Part shown: positions 18,296-27,500 of the stretch, piece after piece | Layout of the letters: each line of letters begins with the position of its first letter | How positions within the stretch are numbered: the stretch's first letter is position 1 | Assembly: GCA_963813925.1 (NCBI GenBank) | Contig: CAWFBG010000025.1 | Coordinates: forward strand, 2,275-66,274 | Origin: an uncultured Planctomycetaceae bacterium | GTDB taxonomy: Bacteria; Planctomycetota; Planctomycetia; Gemmatales; Gemmataceae | DNA: 64,000 nt | Reading direction: 5' to 3' | Notes under the pieces: generated by a model | What the model was told of the DNA's origin: nothing | Database searches by the model: none | What the model saw: the letters and a program-made list of their open reading frames with translations, nothing else | Made by a program: the position numbers and the translations under genes

Positions 18296-20229
18296 ACGAC
18301 TTGCAGCGCTTCTTCCCCGCCGTCATCGCCGCGGCCGCCATCGCCGTGATCGCCTACGCCGCCACGCCGCAGGGCGACCCCGCCGACGGAATGCACCTGC
18401 ACGAGTTCGGCAAGATCCCGGTGCTGGCCGACGGGCGGATCAAGCCGATCGATACGGTCGCGCGCAACGACCTTGTCCTCATCAGCGGGCACCAGACGTT
18501 CCGCGACAATTGGGTTCCCGTTTGGGTCGAAGCGACCAAGGACGCCGACCCCAAGGAGCATCTGCCGATCAAGTGGGCGTCCGACCCCGACGCCGAGGAA
18601 CAGCCGGCGATCAAGTGGTTGTTGGACTCCGTGACGGATCGGAAGCCGACCAAGAACCGCGACCCGCACATTCTCAGCGTCACGTCGGACGGGCCGGACG
18701 TGACGCAACTGCCGGAGGGCGTGGTCCTCGGCCCTTACGAGGTGTACAGCGCCCTCGGCTCCCGCGAACATCCGGTTTTTCGCATCGAGAACGATCAGGT
18801 CCTCAACCTGCTAGGGCTGGTGGCGCGTCCGGGCAGCTACCGCTATTCGCTGAACGAAATCGGCCTGCACTGGAAGAAGCTCGCCGAGGAAGTCGATCGC
18901 GCCAAGAACGCCCAGACGCACGACCTCTACGACGACAAGCTCCTCGAACTGGCCGAGCACCTGCGCGTTTACATCGAACTGTCGGGCAATCAGACGCTTC
19001 TGGCCGTGCCGCCGGCCGTGAAGCCGCCGCCGGACGCCGTGCCGGGAACGGGGTGGACGACGCTCGGGGGGGCCAGCCCGAGCAATCCCAACGCCGTGGC
19101 GCTCAACGACCTGCTCGACGCCTACGACAAGGGCGAGGTCGAAAGGTTCAATAAGGGCGTGGACGCCTACCGCGCGACGCTGGCGACCGCGATGCCGAAG
19201 GAGACCGCGCAGGCCGACTTCGAGGTCTGGTTCAACGACTTCGCCCCGTTCTACTGGTGCGCCCTCCTCTATGTGGTCGTGTTCGTCCTGAACAGTTTGG
19301 CGTGGGCCGTCTTCACCAAGCCGCTCAACCGCGCCGCCTTTTGGCTGGCCGTGGTGACGCTGACGATCCACACGGCGGCCCTCATCGCCCGCATGTACCT
19401 GATGAATCGGCCGTTGGTGTTTATCACGAACCTCTATTCGACGGCCATTTTCATCGGCTGGGTCGGCTGCATCGTCGGCCTGATCTTCGAGGCGCTGAAC
19501 AAGGACGGCATCGGCAATTTCGTGGCCTCGGTGGCCGGGTTCGCGACCATGATTATCGCCCATTTCCTGTCGATCGGCGGCGACACGCTGGAGATGATGC
19601 GGGCCGTTTTGGACACGAATTTCTGGCTGGCCACGCACGTCACGGCCGTCAACACCGGCTACGCGGCCACGTTCGTGGCCGGGCTGCTGGGCACGCTGTT
19701 CATCGTGCGCGGCGTGCTGACGCCGTCGCTGGACCGGCCGGCGGTGAAGAAGTTGGGCGACGCCATTTACGGCGCCGTCTGCTTCGCCACGCTGTTCAGC
19801 TTCGTGGGCACGGTGCTGGGCGGCATCTGGGCCGACCAGTCGTGGGGCCGCTTCTGGGGCTGGGACCCCAAGGAGAACGGCGCCCTGATGATCGTGATCT
19901 GGAACGCCCTGATTTTGCACGCCCGCTGGGGCGGCATGGTCAAGCAGCGCGGCATGGCGGTGCTGACCATCTTCGGCAACATTATCACGGCGTGGTCGTG
20001 GTTCGGCGTCAACCTGCTGGGCATCGGCCTGCACGCTTACGGGTTTATGAGCGGCACGGCCTGGGCGCTCGGCATCTATGCCGTGAGCCAGCTGGCGCTC
20101 ATCGGGGTCGGCCTGCTGCCGCTGCGGATGTGGTGGAGCTTTGCTCACGATCAGGTCGTCCATCCGCCGGCCCCGAACGGCCGACCGCCGGCGACGGGGA
20201 CGGCGGGAATCATGCCGGGACCGGCCTAA
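18292..20229 (+). CDS. ccsA: Cytochrome c-type biogenesis protein CcsA/ResC with a long N-terminal extension
   Basis: ATGA overlap with ccsB. Trp-rich heme-handling motif 'WADQSWGRFWGWDPKENGALM'. Multiple TM helices. Confidence 0.9.
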   Translation: MNDLQRFFPAVIAAAAIAVIAYAATPQGDPADGMHLHEFGKIPVLADGRIKPIDTVARNDLVLISGHQTFRDNWVPVWVEATKDADPKEHLPIKWASDPDAEEQPAIKWLLDSVTDRKPTKNRDPHILSVTSDGPDVTQLPEGVVLGPYEVYSALGSREHPVFRIENDQVLNLLGLVARPGSYRYSLNEIGLHWKKLAEEVDRAKNAQTHDLYDDKLLELAEHLRVYIELSGNQTLLAVPPAVKPPPDAVPGTGWTTLGGASPSNPNAVALNDLLDAYDKGEVERFNKGVDAYRATLATAMPKETAQADFEVWFNDFAPFYWCALLYVVVFVLNSLAWAVFTKPLNRAAFWLAVVTLTIHTAALIARMYLMNRPLVFITNLYSTAIFIGWVGCIVGLIFEALNKDGIGNFVASVAGFATMIIAHFLSIGGDTLEMMRAVLDTNFWLATHVTAVNTGYAATFVAGLLGTLFIVRGVLTPSLDRPAVKKLGDAIYGAVCFATLFSFVGTVLGGIWADQSWGRFWGWDPKENGALMIVIWNALILHARWGGMVKQRGMAVLTIFGNIITAWSWFGVNLLGIGLHAYGFMSGTAWALGIYAVSQLALIGVGLLPLRMWWSFAHDQVVHPPAPNGRPPATGTAGIMPGPA

Positions 20230-20300
20230 AACCAACCCGAAGCGCGAGCGAGGGAGAAGGTTCCTCGACCGAATTCCTCGCTCGCGCTTCGGGTTGGTTT
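20229..20300. repeat. Family-B palindromic hairpin repeat (copy 2) between convergent ccsA and the methyltransferase gene
   Basis: AAACCAACCCGAAGCGCGAGCGAGG (20229-20253) pairs with CCTCGCTCGCGCTTCGGGTTGGTTT (20276-20300). The stem is a perfect 25 bp. Confidence 0.9.
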
Positions 20301-20306
20301 GGGCGG

Positions 20307-21191
20307 CTACGCCTTCTTCGCCGCGTTCCACTTCTCGACGACGGGCCGGAAGGCGGCGATGTGGGCCGGCGTCGTGCCGCAGCAGCCGCCGACCATGCTC
20401 ACTCCGGCCTCCAGCAATTCCGGTAACCAAGAAGCCATGTACTCCGGCGAGTGGGGATAGACCCACTGATCCCCGACTCGTTTGGGCGTCCCCGCGTTTG
20501 GCCGGACGAAAACCCGAAGGTGGGTGGCCCGGTGATAGGCCTCGACGACTTCAACAACCTGCGGCATGGCGATGTCGCGCCCGCAGTTCACCCCGACGGC
20601 GAAGATTCCGGTGTACTTCTCCACCCTCGCCGCCAAATCCCGCGCGGATAGGCCGTCGATGTTTCGGACGCATCCGTCTCGGCCGCGCACGTACGTCAGG
20701 GAGACCAGCATCGGCGGAGCCTGGACACCCCGGCGGGAGAAGGCTTTGAGCAAGCGCACCGGAACGGAGGGGTCGGAGCAGGTTTCCAGCAGGAGGCCGT
20801 CCGGCCCCGCCGCGGCAAAGGCGGTGACAACGCGGTCGTAATCGTCCCCATCCTCGGAAGGGAAAGGGCCGATGTCGGCGAGCACCCAACGATCCGGGCC
20901 GGCGGCCTCGCGCGCCAGGTCCACGGCGGCCTGGCAGAACATTCCCAGTTGGCCCACAAGATTGTGTCGCGCCAACGCGACGGGATTCGCCTGAAACGTA
21001 TTCGTCAGCAGCACCTCGGCCCCGGCGTCCACATACGCCCGATGGATCGCCCGTACCTTTTCCGGCCGCGTCAGGTTCCACAACTCGCCGCACTCGCCCG
21101 GTTGCAACCCCGCGCGCTGCAACTCCGTACCCATCGCCCCGTCCATGAGCAGGACGCGGCCGGATCGCAGCGCGTCGAGGAAGTTCGACAT
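20307..21191 (-). CDS. Homocysteine S-methyltransferase domain protein
   Basis: ATG at 21191 (MSNFLDALRSGRVLLMDGAMGTELQ). '...LLTNTFQAN...' and the C-terminal 'VGGCCGTTPAHI' zinc/homocysteine-binding motif are present. Confidence 0.85.
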   Translation of the reverse strand: MSNFLDALRSGRVLLMDGAMGTELQRAGLQPGECGELWNLTRPEKVRAIHRAYVDAGAEVLLTNTFQANPVALARHNLVGQLGMFCQAAVDLAREAAGPDRWVLADIGPFPSEDGDDYDRVVTAFAAAGPDGLLLETCSDPSVPVRLLKAFSRRGVQAPPMLVSLTYVRGRDGCVRNIDGLSARDLAARVEKYTGIFAVGVNCGRDIAMPQVVEVVEAYHRATHLRVFVRPNAGTPKRVGDQWVYPHSPEYMASWLPELLEAGVSMVGGCCGTTPAHIAAFRPVVEKWNAAKKA

Positions 21192-21288
21192 GACCGTCCC
21201 CTTCGACCGGCCCGGCGCCGGGCCTATGGTTCTTGAGGTATAGTATCGTACACGACCACACCGCCCCGGCCGAAGGCGAGACGTATTC

Positions 21289-22754
21289 ATGGCCATGGAA
21301 CTCCCCGACGAGGCGATCCATTATAACTACCAGGGGTTGCTGGCGCCGTCCGCCGAGGACTGGACGCCGGCGGCCGAGCTGCGCGCACGGCACTTTCTGT
21401 CGCCGAATCGGCTCAAGGACTTCGCGCCGCGGCTGATGCAGGTCCGCAGTCAGGTGGCGGCGGAGCGGGAGATGCGCAGCGTACCGCCGGAGATGCTGCC
21501 GCTCGAACCCGGCTTCATCGACCTGCCGCAAACGCTGCTCGACCAGTATCGACGGCGCGGCGACGCCAGCGACCTCGGCAAGGCGCTCGCGCTCGCCAAT
21601 CGGCTGCGCGAACGGGCCGACCGCGTCGTCCTGCTCGGCGTCGGCGGCGCCCAGCTCGGCGCCCGCGCCCTTTTCCAGGCGCTCAAAAGCGCCCACCACA
21701 ACGAACTGCCGGCGGAGGCCCGGCTCGGCGCCTGCGCCTCTATTTCGACGGCGACAGTTTCGACAACGACGCCTTGCAAGAATTGCTCGATCTGATTCAG
21801 ATCGCCTGCGTCGATCCGGAGCGGCGTGAAGAGCGTTGGGCGGTCGTCTCCGTCGGCGCTCCCGCCGCGTCGATGGAGTCGGCCGTGGCCCTGCGCGTCT
21901 TCCGGCGCGAGGCGACCGAATACTACGGCCTCCGTTCGCCGCGGTTGCACGACCTGTTCGCCGCCGTGGCCGCCCCGTCGAGCAAGCTGGCCGCGCTGTT
22001 CGATGCGGAGGGCCACAACGACGCCGACGTGCTGACGACTCCGGACAATATCGGAGGTCGTTACTCTGTATTCACGCCGGCGGGCCTGCTGCCGGCCGCC
22101 CTGATGGGCCTGGACGTGCGCGCCCTGCTGCTCGGCGCCGGCGCCATGACCAAGCGTTTCCTCGAAGAGCCGTTCGAGCGCAACCCGGTGCTCCAGTTTG
22201 CCGGGGTCAATTATCTCATGTCCGAAGAACTGCACAAGCCGGTGCGGGTGCTGTCGGTCTGGTCGAAGAAGCTGGAAGGCCTCGGCCGCTGGTACGACCA
22301 TTTGTTGTCGGAAAGCCTGGGCAAACAGGGCCGCGGGCCGACGCCGTTGACGGCCGTGCAGACGCGCGACCTGCACGCGCGCGGCCAGCAGCACCAGGAC
22401 GGGACGCGCGACCGCGTCATCAACAATGTCGTCGTGAAAAGCCCGAAGACGCAGCCGATCCTGGTGCAGATGGCCGACCACAACGAGGACGGTTTGAACG
22501 TCTACGCCCGCAAGGGGCTGCCCGATCTGATGGCGGCCGCGTGGAAGGGCGTCAACCAGGCCTATTTCGACGCGGGCCGGCCGACGGCCGATCTGGTGAC
22601 GCCGGCGCTGTCGGAGCACGCGATGGGCCAGCTGATGCAAATGCTCATGCTGGCCACGGTGGTCGAGGGCCGACTGCTCGGCGTCAACCCATACGGCCAG
22701 CCGGGACTGGAGGCCTACCGGCGGAATGTGCGGGAGGACCTGAAGGCGCCGTAG
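21289..22754 (+). CDS. pgi: Glucose-6-phosphate isomerase, frame broken near 21731
   Basis: 'VVLLGVGGAQLGARAL' is followed in another frame by 'RLYFDGDSFDNDAL...DNIGGRYSVFTPAGLLPAAL...SESLGKQG'. Adding one C to the CC at 21731-21732 restores ...GALRLYFDG. Confidence 0.85.
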
Positions 22755-22764
22755 GGGTCGTCGG

Positions 22765-22825
22765 TTAGCCGCGACCCGACAGGGGAGCGCTCGGTCGGAG
22801 CGCTCCCCTGTCGGGTCGCGGCTAA
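22765..22825. repeat. Family-C palindromic hairpin repeat (copy 1) between convergent pgi and the OMP gene
   Basis: TTAGCCGCGACCCGACAGGGGAGCGCTC (22765-22792), loop GGTCG, GAGCGCTCCCCTGTCGGGTCGCGGCTAA (22798-22825). The stem is a perfect 28 bp. Confidence 0.9.
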
Positions 22826-22851
22826 ACGGACCCTATCATCCGGATCAAGGA

Positions 22852-24216
22852 TCAGAAGTGGAGGCGGTATTCCACGCTGGCGATGTTTTGGTACCACCGG
22901 CTGCCCGTCACCGAGCGGCCGTAGCCGACGTAGAGGTCGCTCCGCTCGCCGACGTAAGTCCGCACGCCCAGCTTCAAGTTGACAATGGTGTCGCCGTTGG
23001 CTTCGAGAAAGCCGTGATCGTCGGGCACGATGACGCCGTTGACGTCCACGGCGGTCACGCCCGCGGCGGTTTTCACGGTGGGCGCCGGCACCGTCCCGTC
23101 GAAGGCCTCGGTCCCGCCTAGCACGGTCCAACCGACGACTTCCGCGACCGGCGCGACCCGGAGGTTGGGGCGCTGGATCACGTCGTAGGCGATGCCGCCG
23201 CCGTAGGTAATGACGTTGCCGGCGCCCGGACCCGCGCTGATCGGGATCCAGTCGGTGAGTTCTCCCTGGATCACCACCCGATCCGTCAGGCGTTGGAAAG
23301 CCAGCAGGCCCGGTTCCACGCTCACGTGGCCGGTGCCCAGACCCAAACCCGAGTCGCCCGAGGGGACGTAGGTCCGGAACTGGAAGGTCAGGTAGCGGCA
23401 GTCGGTTTCGGCGACGAAAGCGTATTTGAATCCGAATTGGACGTCGCCGATGCCGTCAGGGTTGGTTTTCGCGTTGCGAACCTCCGATTCCGGGAATTGT
23501 TTCTGTTCCGCCCGCGTCTGATCGGCCGGGCCGTCTTCGATGTTCGGGCCGAAATGCACGAACTGGAACGGGACCTCCGCGAATACGGACAGCCGCTGGC
23601 TAAACGCGTATTCCAGGTCGGCGGAAAGGTCCTGGTCTCTCACGTCGGTGGAGATGATTTGTGAGCCGGTCGCCTTCGGGTCCACAAAGGTCCCGCGGAC
23701 TGTGCCGCCGCCCACGAGGGCGTGCGTGTGGAAGCTCCCTTCCCGCCAGGTGCCGAACAGGTAGGAGGCGCGGTCGAACCGGTTAATGCCGTCTTCGTAG
23801 TCGTAGCGCAGCTTGAACACGGACTGCGGAATGGCGTCGTCGATGTACCCGCCCGGCGAAGAGAAGCTGCCGGCGCCGGAGGCCAGACCTTGCGATCCGG
23901 AGAAATTGAAATTCGAGTTGTCCTGGTTGGTGTTGGCCTCGTTCTGGACGGCGTTGTTTTCGCCGGGGTTGGGCGCGGTTTGGCCGGGGTTGGTCGGGGT
24001 TTCTGTGGGGCTGGTGGGAGTGGTCTGTCCGGCCCGCGGCATCAAGGGTTGTTCCGGGAGCCCGGGGCCGGGCGCCGGAGTGGGCTGAGAGCAGTCCGAG
24101 CAGGGGCCGGAGTAGATCGGACCCTGGGCCTGGGCCGCGGGAACGGCCAGCGCGACATACGCCGCCCAGCCGCACAGGCCGCCGAGGAGCTGGGACACCA
24201 CAACTCGGAAGCGCAT
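22852..24216 (-). CDS. Putative outer-membrane beta-barrel protein with a P/T/N-rich N-terminal linker
   Basis: ATG at 24216 preceded by GGAGGAAAT. Signal peptide ending 'AVPAAQAQ'. Alternating beta-strand-like sequence. C-terminal '...VEYRLHF' has the terminal aromatic residue typical of OMPs. Confidence 0.65.
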   Translation of the reverse strand: MRFRVVVSQLLGGLCGWAAYVALAVPAAQAQGPIYSGPCSDCSQPTPAPGPGLPEQPLMPRAGQTTPTSPTETPTNPGQTAPNPGENNAVQNEANTNQDNSNFNFSGSQGLASGAGSFSSPGGYIDDAIPQSVFKLRYDYEDGINRFDRASYLFGTWREGSFHTHALVGGGTVRGTFVDPKATGSQIISTDVRDQDLSADLEYAFSQRLSVFAEVPFQFVHFGPNIEDGPADQTRAEQKQFPESEVRNAKTNPDGIGDVQFGFKYAFVAETDCRYLTFQFRTYVPSGDSGLGLGTGHVSVEPGLLAFQRLTDRVVIQGELTDWIPISAGPGAGNVITYGGGIAYDVIQRPNLRVAPVAEVVGWTVLGGTEAFDGTVPAPTVKTAAGVTAVDVNGVIVPDDHGFLEANGDTIVNLKLGVRTYVGERSDLYVGYGRSVTGSRWYQNIASVEYRLHF

Positions 24217-24467
24217 ATTTCCTCCTTGAAACGCCTCTTCTTGACGGGAAATCCTTTCCCGCGGGGACGGCCTTCGCGGCCGACCCTCTGCATCAGGCCG
24301 CTCGCGCACCGTCGGACTTTCGGGAATACGCCTTCCCGACGCGCAGGGCTTCTTAACCTCCCTTATCGGCCGGCGACGGAACGGAACACCCCGCAAAGGA
24401 GGAAAAACTGCGGGGCGGAGGCAAGGTCTGTACGGAAAATGCCGTTAAGGTAAGCAGGGGAACATAA

Positions 24468-24517
24468 GCCCGCGGCGCCAAGCAAGGGATGAAACGCCCT
24501 TGCTTGGCGCCGCGGGC
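24468..24517. repeat. Family-A palindromic hairpin repeat (copy 2) abutting the stop of the giant WD40 gene
   Basis: GCCCGCGGCGCCAAGCAAGGG, loop ATGAAACG, CCCTTGCTTGGCGCCGCGGGC. It matches copy 1 except for one base pair changed on both arms (A-T to G-C). Confidence 0.9.
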
Positions 24518-27500
24518 TATTTCACCGCCTGGCCCAGGTTGATACTCAACAGGCCTTCGGGGACGTAACAGCGGAACACCCGGTTCGCCCCCTGTGACCA
24601 GTCGTCTTCCTTCTCGGTCAGGTCCTTGAGGGAGGACGGCTGCTCCAGCGACTGGCGCAGCAGGCCGACCAGATCGTCGCCGGAGGCGGCGTCCTTCGCG
24701 CCCAGCAGCACGTAGTCGAGGCAGCCGATCCGGGGGAAGCGCGCCCGCGCCTTGTCGAGGACCTCCCGGAGGCGTTCCTTCGCGCCTTGCCCGCCCACCG
24801 GGTCGCGCACGTCCAGCAGCACCAGCTTGGCGCCGGGTGCGTCGGCCAGCAGCTCCCGAAACGAGTCGCACGTCAGGGCCGTTTCCTTCAGTCGATCCAG
24901 CTGCGAGGCGTCGAGCCTGTCCCCCGGCTTCAGACCGGGCAAAAGCCGTTTGGTCTCTCCCGTAAGGAGGTAATGCTTGTCGCCGACGACCAGCTGCTCC
25001 CCCTGGAAGAAGACGACGATCACGTCGTTCAACTCGTCGGCCCCGCCGCCGATGGCGCCCTTCATGTTTTCAACCGCGTCGAAGACCTCCTCGCGCTGGG
25101 CCAGCTTGACGACCGGCCCGTACAGCCGGCCGTCGCGGAAGGCCGCCGTGTCGAAACGGTCGCCGTCGATGTGCCGGGCCTGAAACGCCGTCAACACCTG
25201 CCCACTCACCGCCGCCTCGTCGCGGCGGCCGGGCGCCACCACCAGCAGATGTAGGCGCTGGTCGCGGGCCGGCCGCGAACAGGGTACGTCGAAGACCGCC
25301 TTCTCCGCCTTCACGTCGGAAGAGCCGATTTCCACATGGTTGTTCGCATTGTTGAGCCGGAGCGCGGCCGCGAAGCGGCGGACCCGGCCGCCGGGGGACC
25401 GCGCCTCCAGCGGCGCCTCGAACTGTTCGAAATCGTTCACCCACACGCGCACGTGCCGCCGGCCGGTCCTGCGTCAATACCGGATCGGTTTCGTACGGCC
25501 ATTCCACCTCGCCATGCACCCAGACCTCGGCCTGGTCCTGCCGGGGGAAACGGATGCGGTCGCCCTGGAAGAGCGGATTGTCCGGCGCCGCCGACCGCTT
25601 GCCGGCCGACAACCCCGTCAGCCGAATGATGGTCGTGCGCCGCCGATAGAACAGCGTATAGGAGTCGCTTTGGCCGAGGCCGCCGCGGTTGACCGCGACG
25701 ACCCGAATGAGGTTCGGCCCGCTTTGCAGCGGCAGGGCGTCCGTCCGGTAGGTGACGGCCCCGTCGGCGTCCGGCGCCGCCGGCGTCGTCAGCCCGGCCT
25801 CGGCCAGCGGCTTGTCGTTTACCAGCACGGCCACCTCGCCCACCGACCCGCGCCATCGGACCCGGAACGCCAGACGGGTTCGCGGCGTCTCGACGACTTC
25901 TTCGGTGAGGCGCGGGGTCAGGACTTCCACCACCGGCGGCCGCGGCGCGGGCCGCTCCTTCCGGACGACCACGGTTTCCGCCGGCGCCGCGCTTTCGCCG
26001 TCCTCGTTCCGCGCCCAGAGACTTAGCCGATTCTTTTTGCCGTCTTTGAGGAGGACGTCGGCGACGACGACCTTCCAGGTCTGCACGGCCCCGCCGTTCG
26101 CGGGCGGCCCCTGCTTCGTCAGGGTGACTCTCGGCGCCAGATCGGCGACGGCGTCGCTGACCACGCGGACGCCGGACAGGGGACGGTCCGCCGGCGAATC
26201 CACCAGCGCCGTCAGCTTCGCCAGCGGATTGCCGGCCGCTTCCGCGCTTTCCAGCGACTTCACCAGCGGCGGCCGCCGCCGGTAACAGTGGGCCGTGGCG
26301 GTGCGGCGGTCGAACGGGTTGGACAGCACCACATCGATCCCGTTGTCGCCGGGTCGCAGGGACAATGGCGCGGTGAGGCGGTCTTCCTTGACTTCCACTC
26401 CAGCGACTGGCCGGCCGTTCAGGTACACCTCGACCTTAAACTCCGAGGGGTCGTCCTCCGCCTTGACGACGCGGCCCCGCAGCGCGGCCTTCTCCCCGTC
26501 CGCCGCGACGGCCGGCCCCGGCGCGTCCGGATCGAACTCGAAATGGGGCGCCGGCGGCTCGTACTTGAGGACCACCGATTTCGTCGTCGGATCGCCCTTG
26601 GCGTGGCGGGCGACGAACTTCACCGTTTGTTCCTGGCCGGCGGTTTTAAGAGTTATCGGCTCGTCGATAGGCAGATTGAGGCGGTCGGCGTTCGCGGCGG
26701 CGAGGGCGGCCAGCCGCCGCCCGTCGCAGGACGCTTCCACAATCGGCTCGGCGGAAGTGATGCGGCCGCGAACATGTACGGTGCGGGCGTGGACCACCAG
26801 CGGCTTGCCGTCCTGCGGCCTGTCGGCCGCGGAAGTAACCGACTCGAAGTAGACCGTCGGCGGGGCCACCTTCTTGGGCGGCGTGTAGCGGACCTTCCAG
26901 CGGCGCGTCGCCGTCTCCTCGGCCGCGAACTCCGGCGCGGCGCCCTCGTTTTCCGCCCTCACTTCGATGAAGTTGTCTCCTTCGGCGAGATGAAACGTCT
27001 CATCGATCTTCGCCCCGGCGGTTTTCGGCGCGCCGTCGTTGAGGCGCACCGTCGTCCGCACGGGGACGGCGGCCGGCCCGTGCTTGCCGGCGACCGCCGC
27101 GGCCCGGAACGTGAAGTCGGCGGCGGCGACTTCGGTGGCGGCGCCCAGGTCGCTGGCGATTTCCGGACGGGGCGGCGCGAAATAGACCGGCAGCCGCCGC
27201 GTGTACTGCGTGGGCGTCGCCTCGACGGTTTCGACCAGCAGGGCGAACTCGTGTGTATGTCCGCGCCAATCCAGGCCCGCCTTGTCCAGATTGGCCGTGA
27301 ACGTCAATTCGGATTGGCCGTCGAAGTCGCGCCAGTCGCCGTCGTCGAACCGCCAGCGCGCCCGCCGGACCTTGGCCGCCAGGATGTCGTACAGTTCCGC
27401 CCGAAGCGTCTGCCCCGGCGGCGGCCCTTGCACCACGACGCGCCCGCCGGCGTCGTGCGGGAACTGCGTCTTCGGCGCTACCAGCCGTAGGCCCATGCCC

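Noticed and set aside
21236-21250. TTGAGGTATAGT in the 97-bp divergent region between the methyltransferase gene and pgi, a possible -10 box (TATAGT).
   Set aside because: There is no suitably spaced -35 element, and planctomycete promoter consensus is poorly defined. It cannot be supported from sequence alone.
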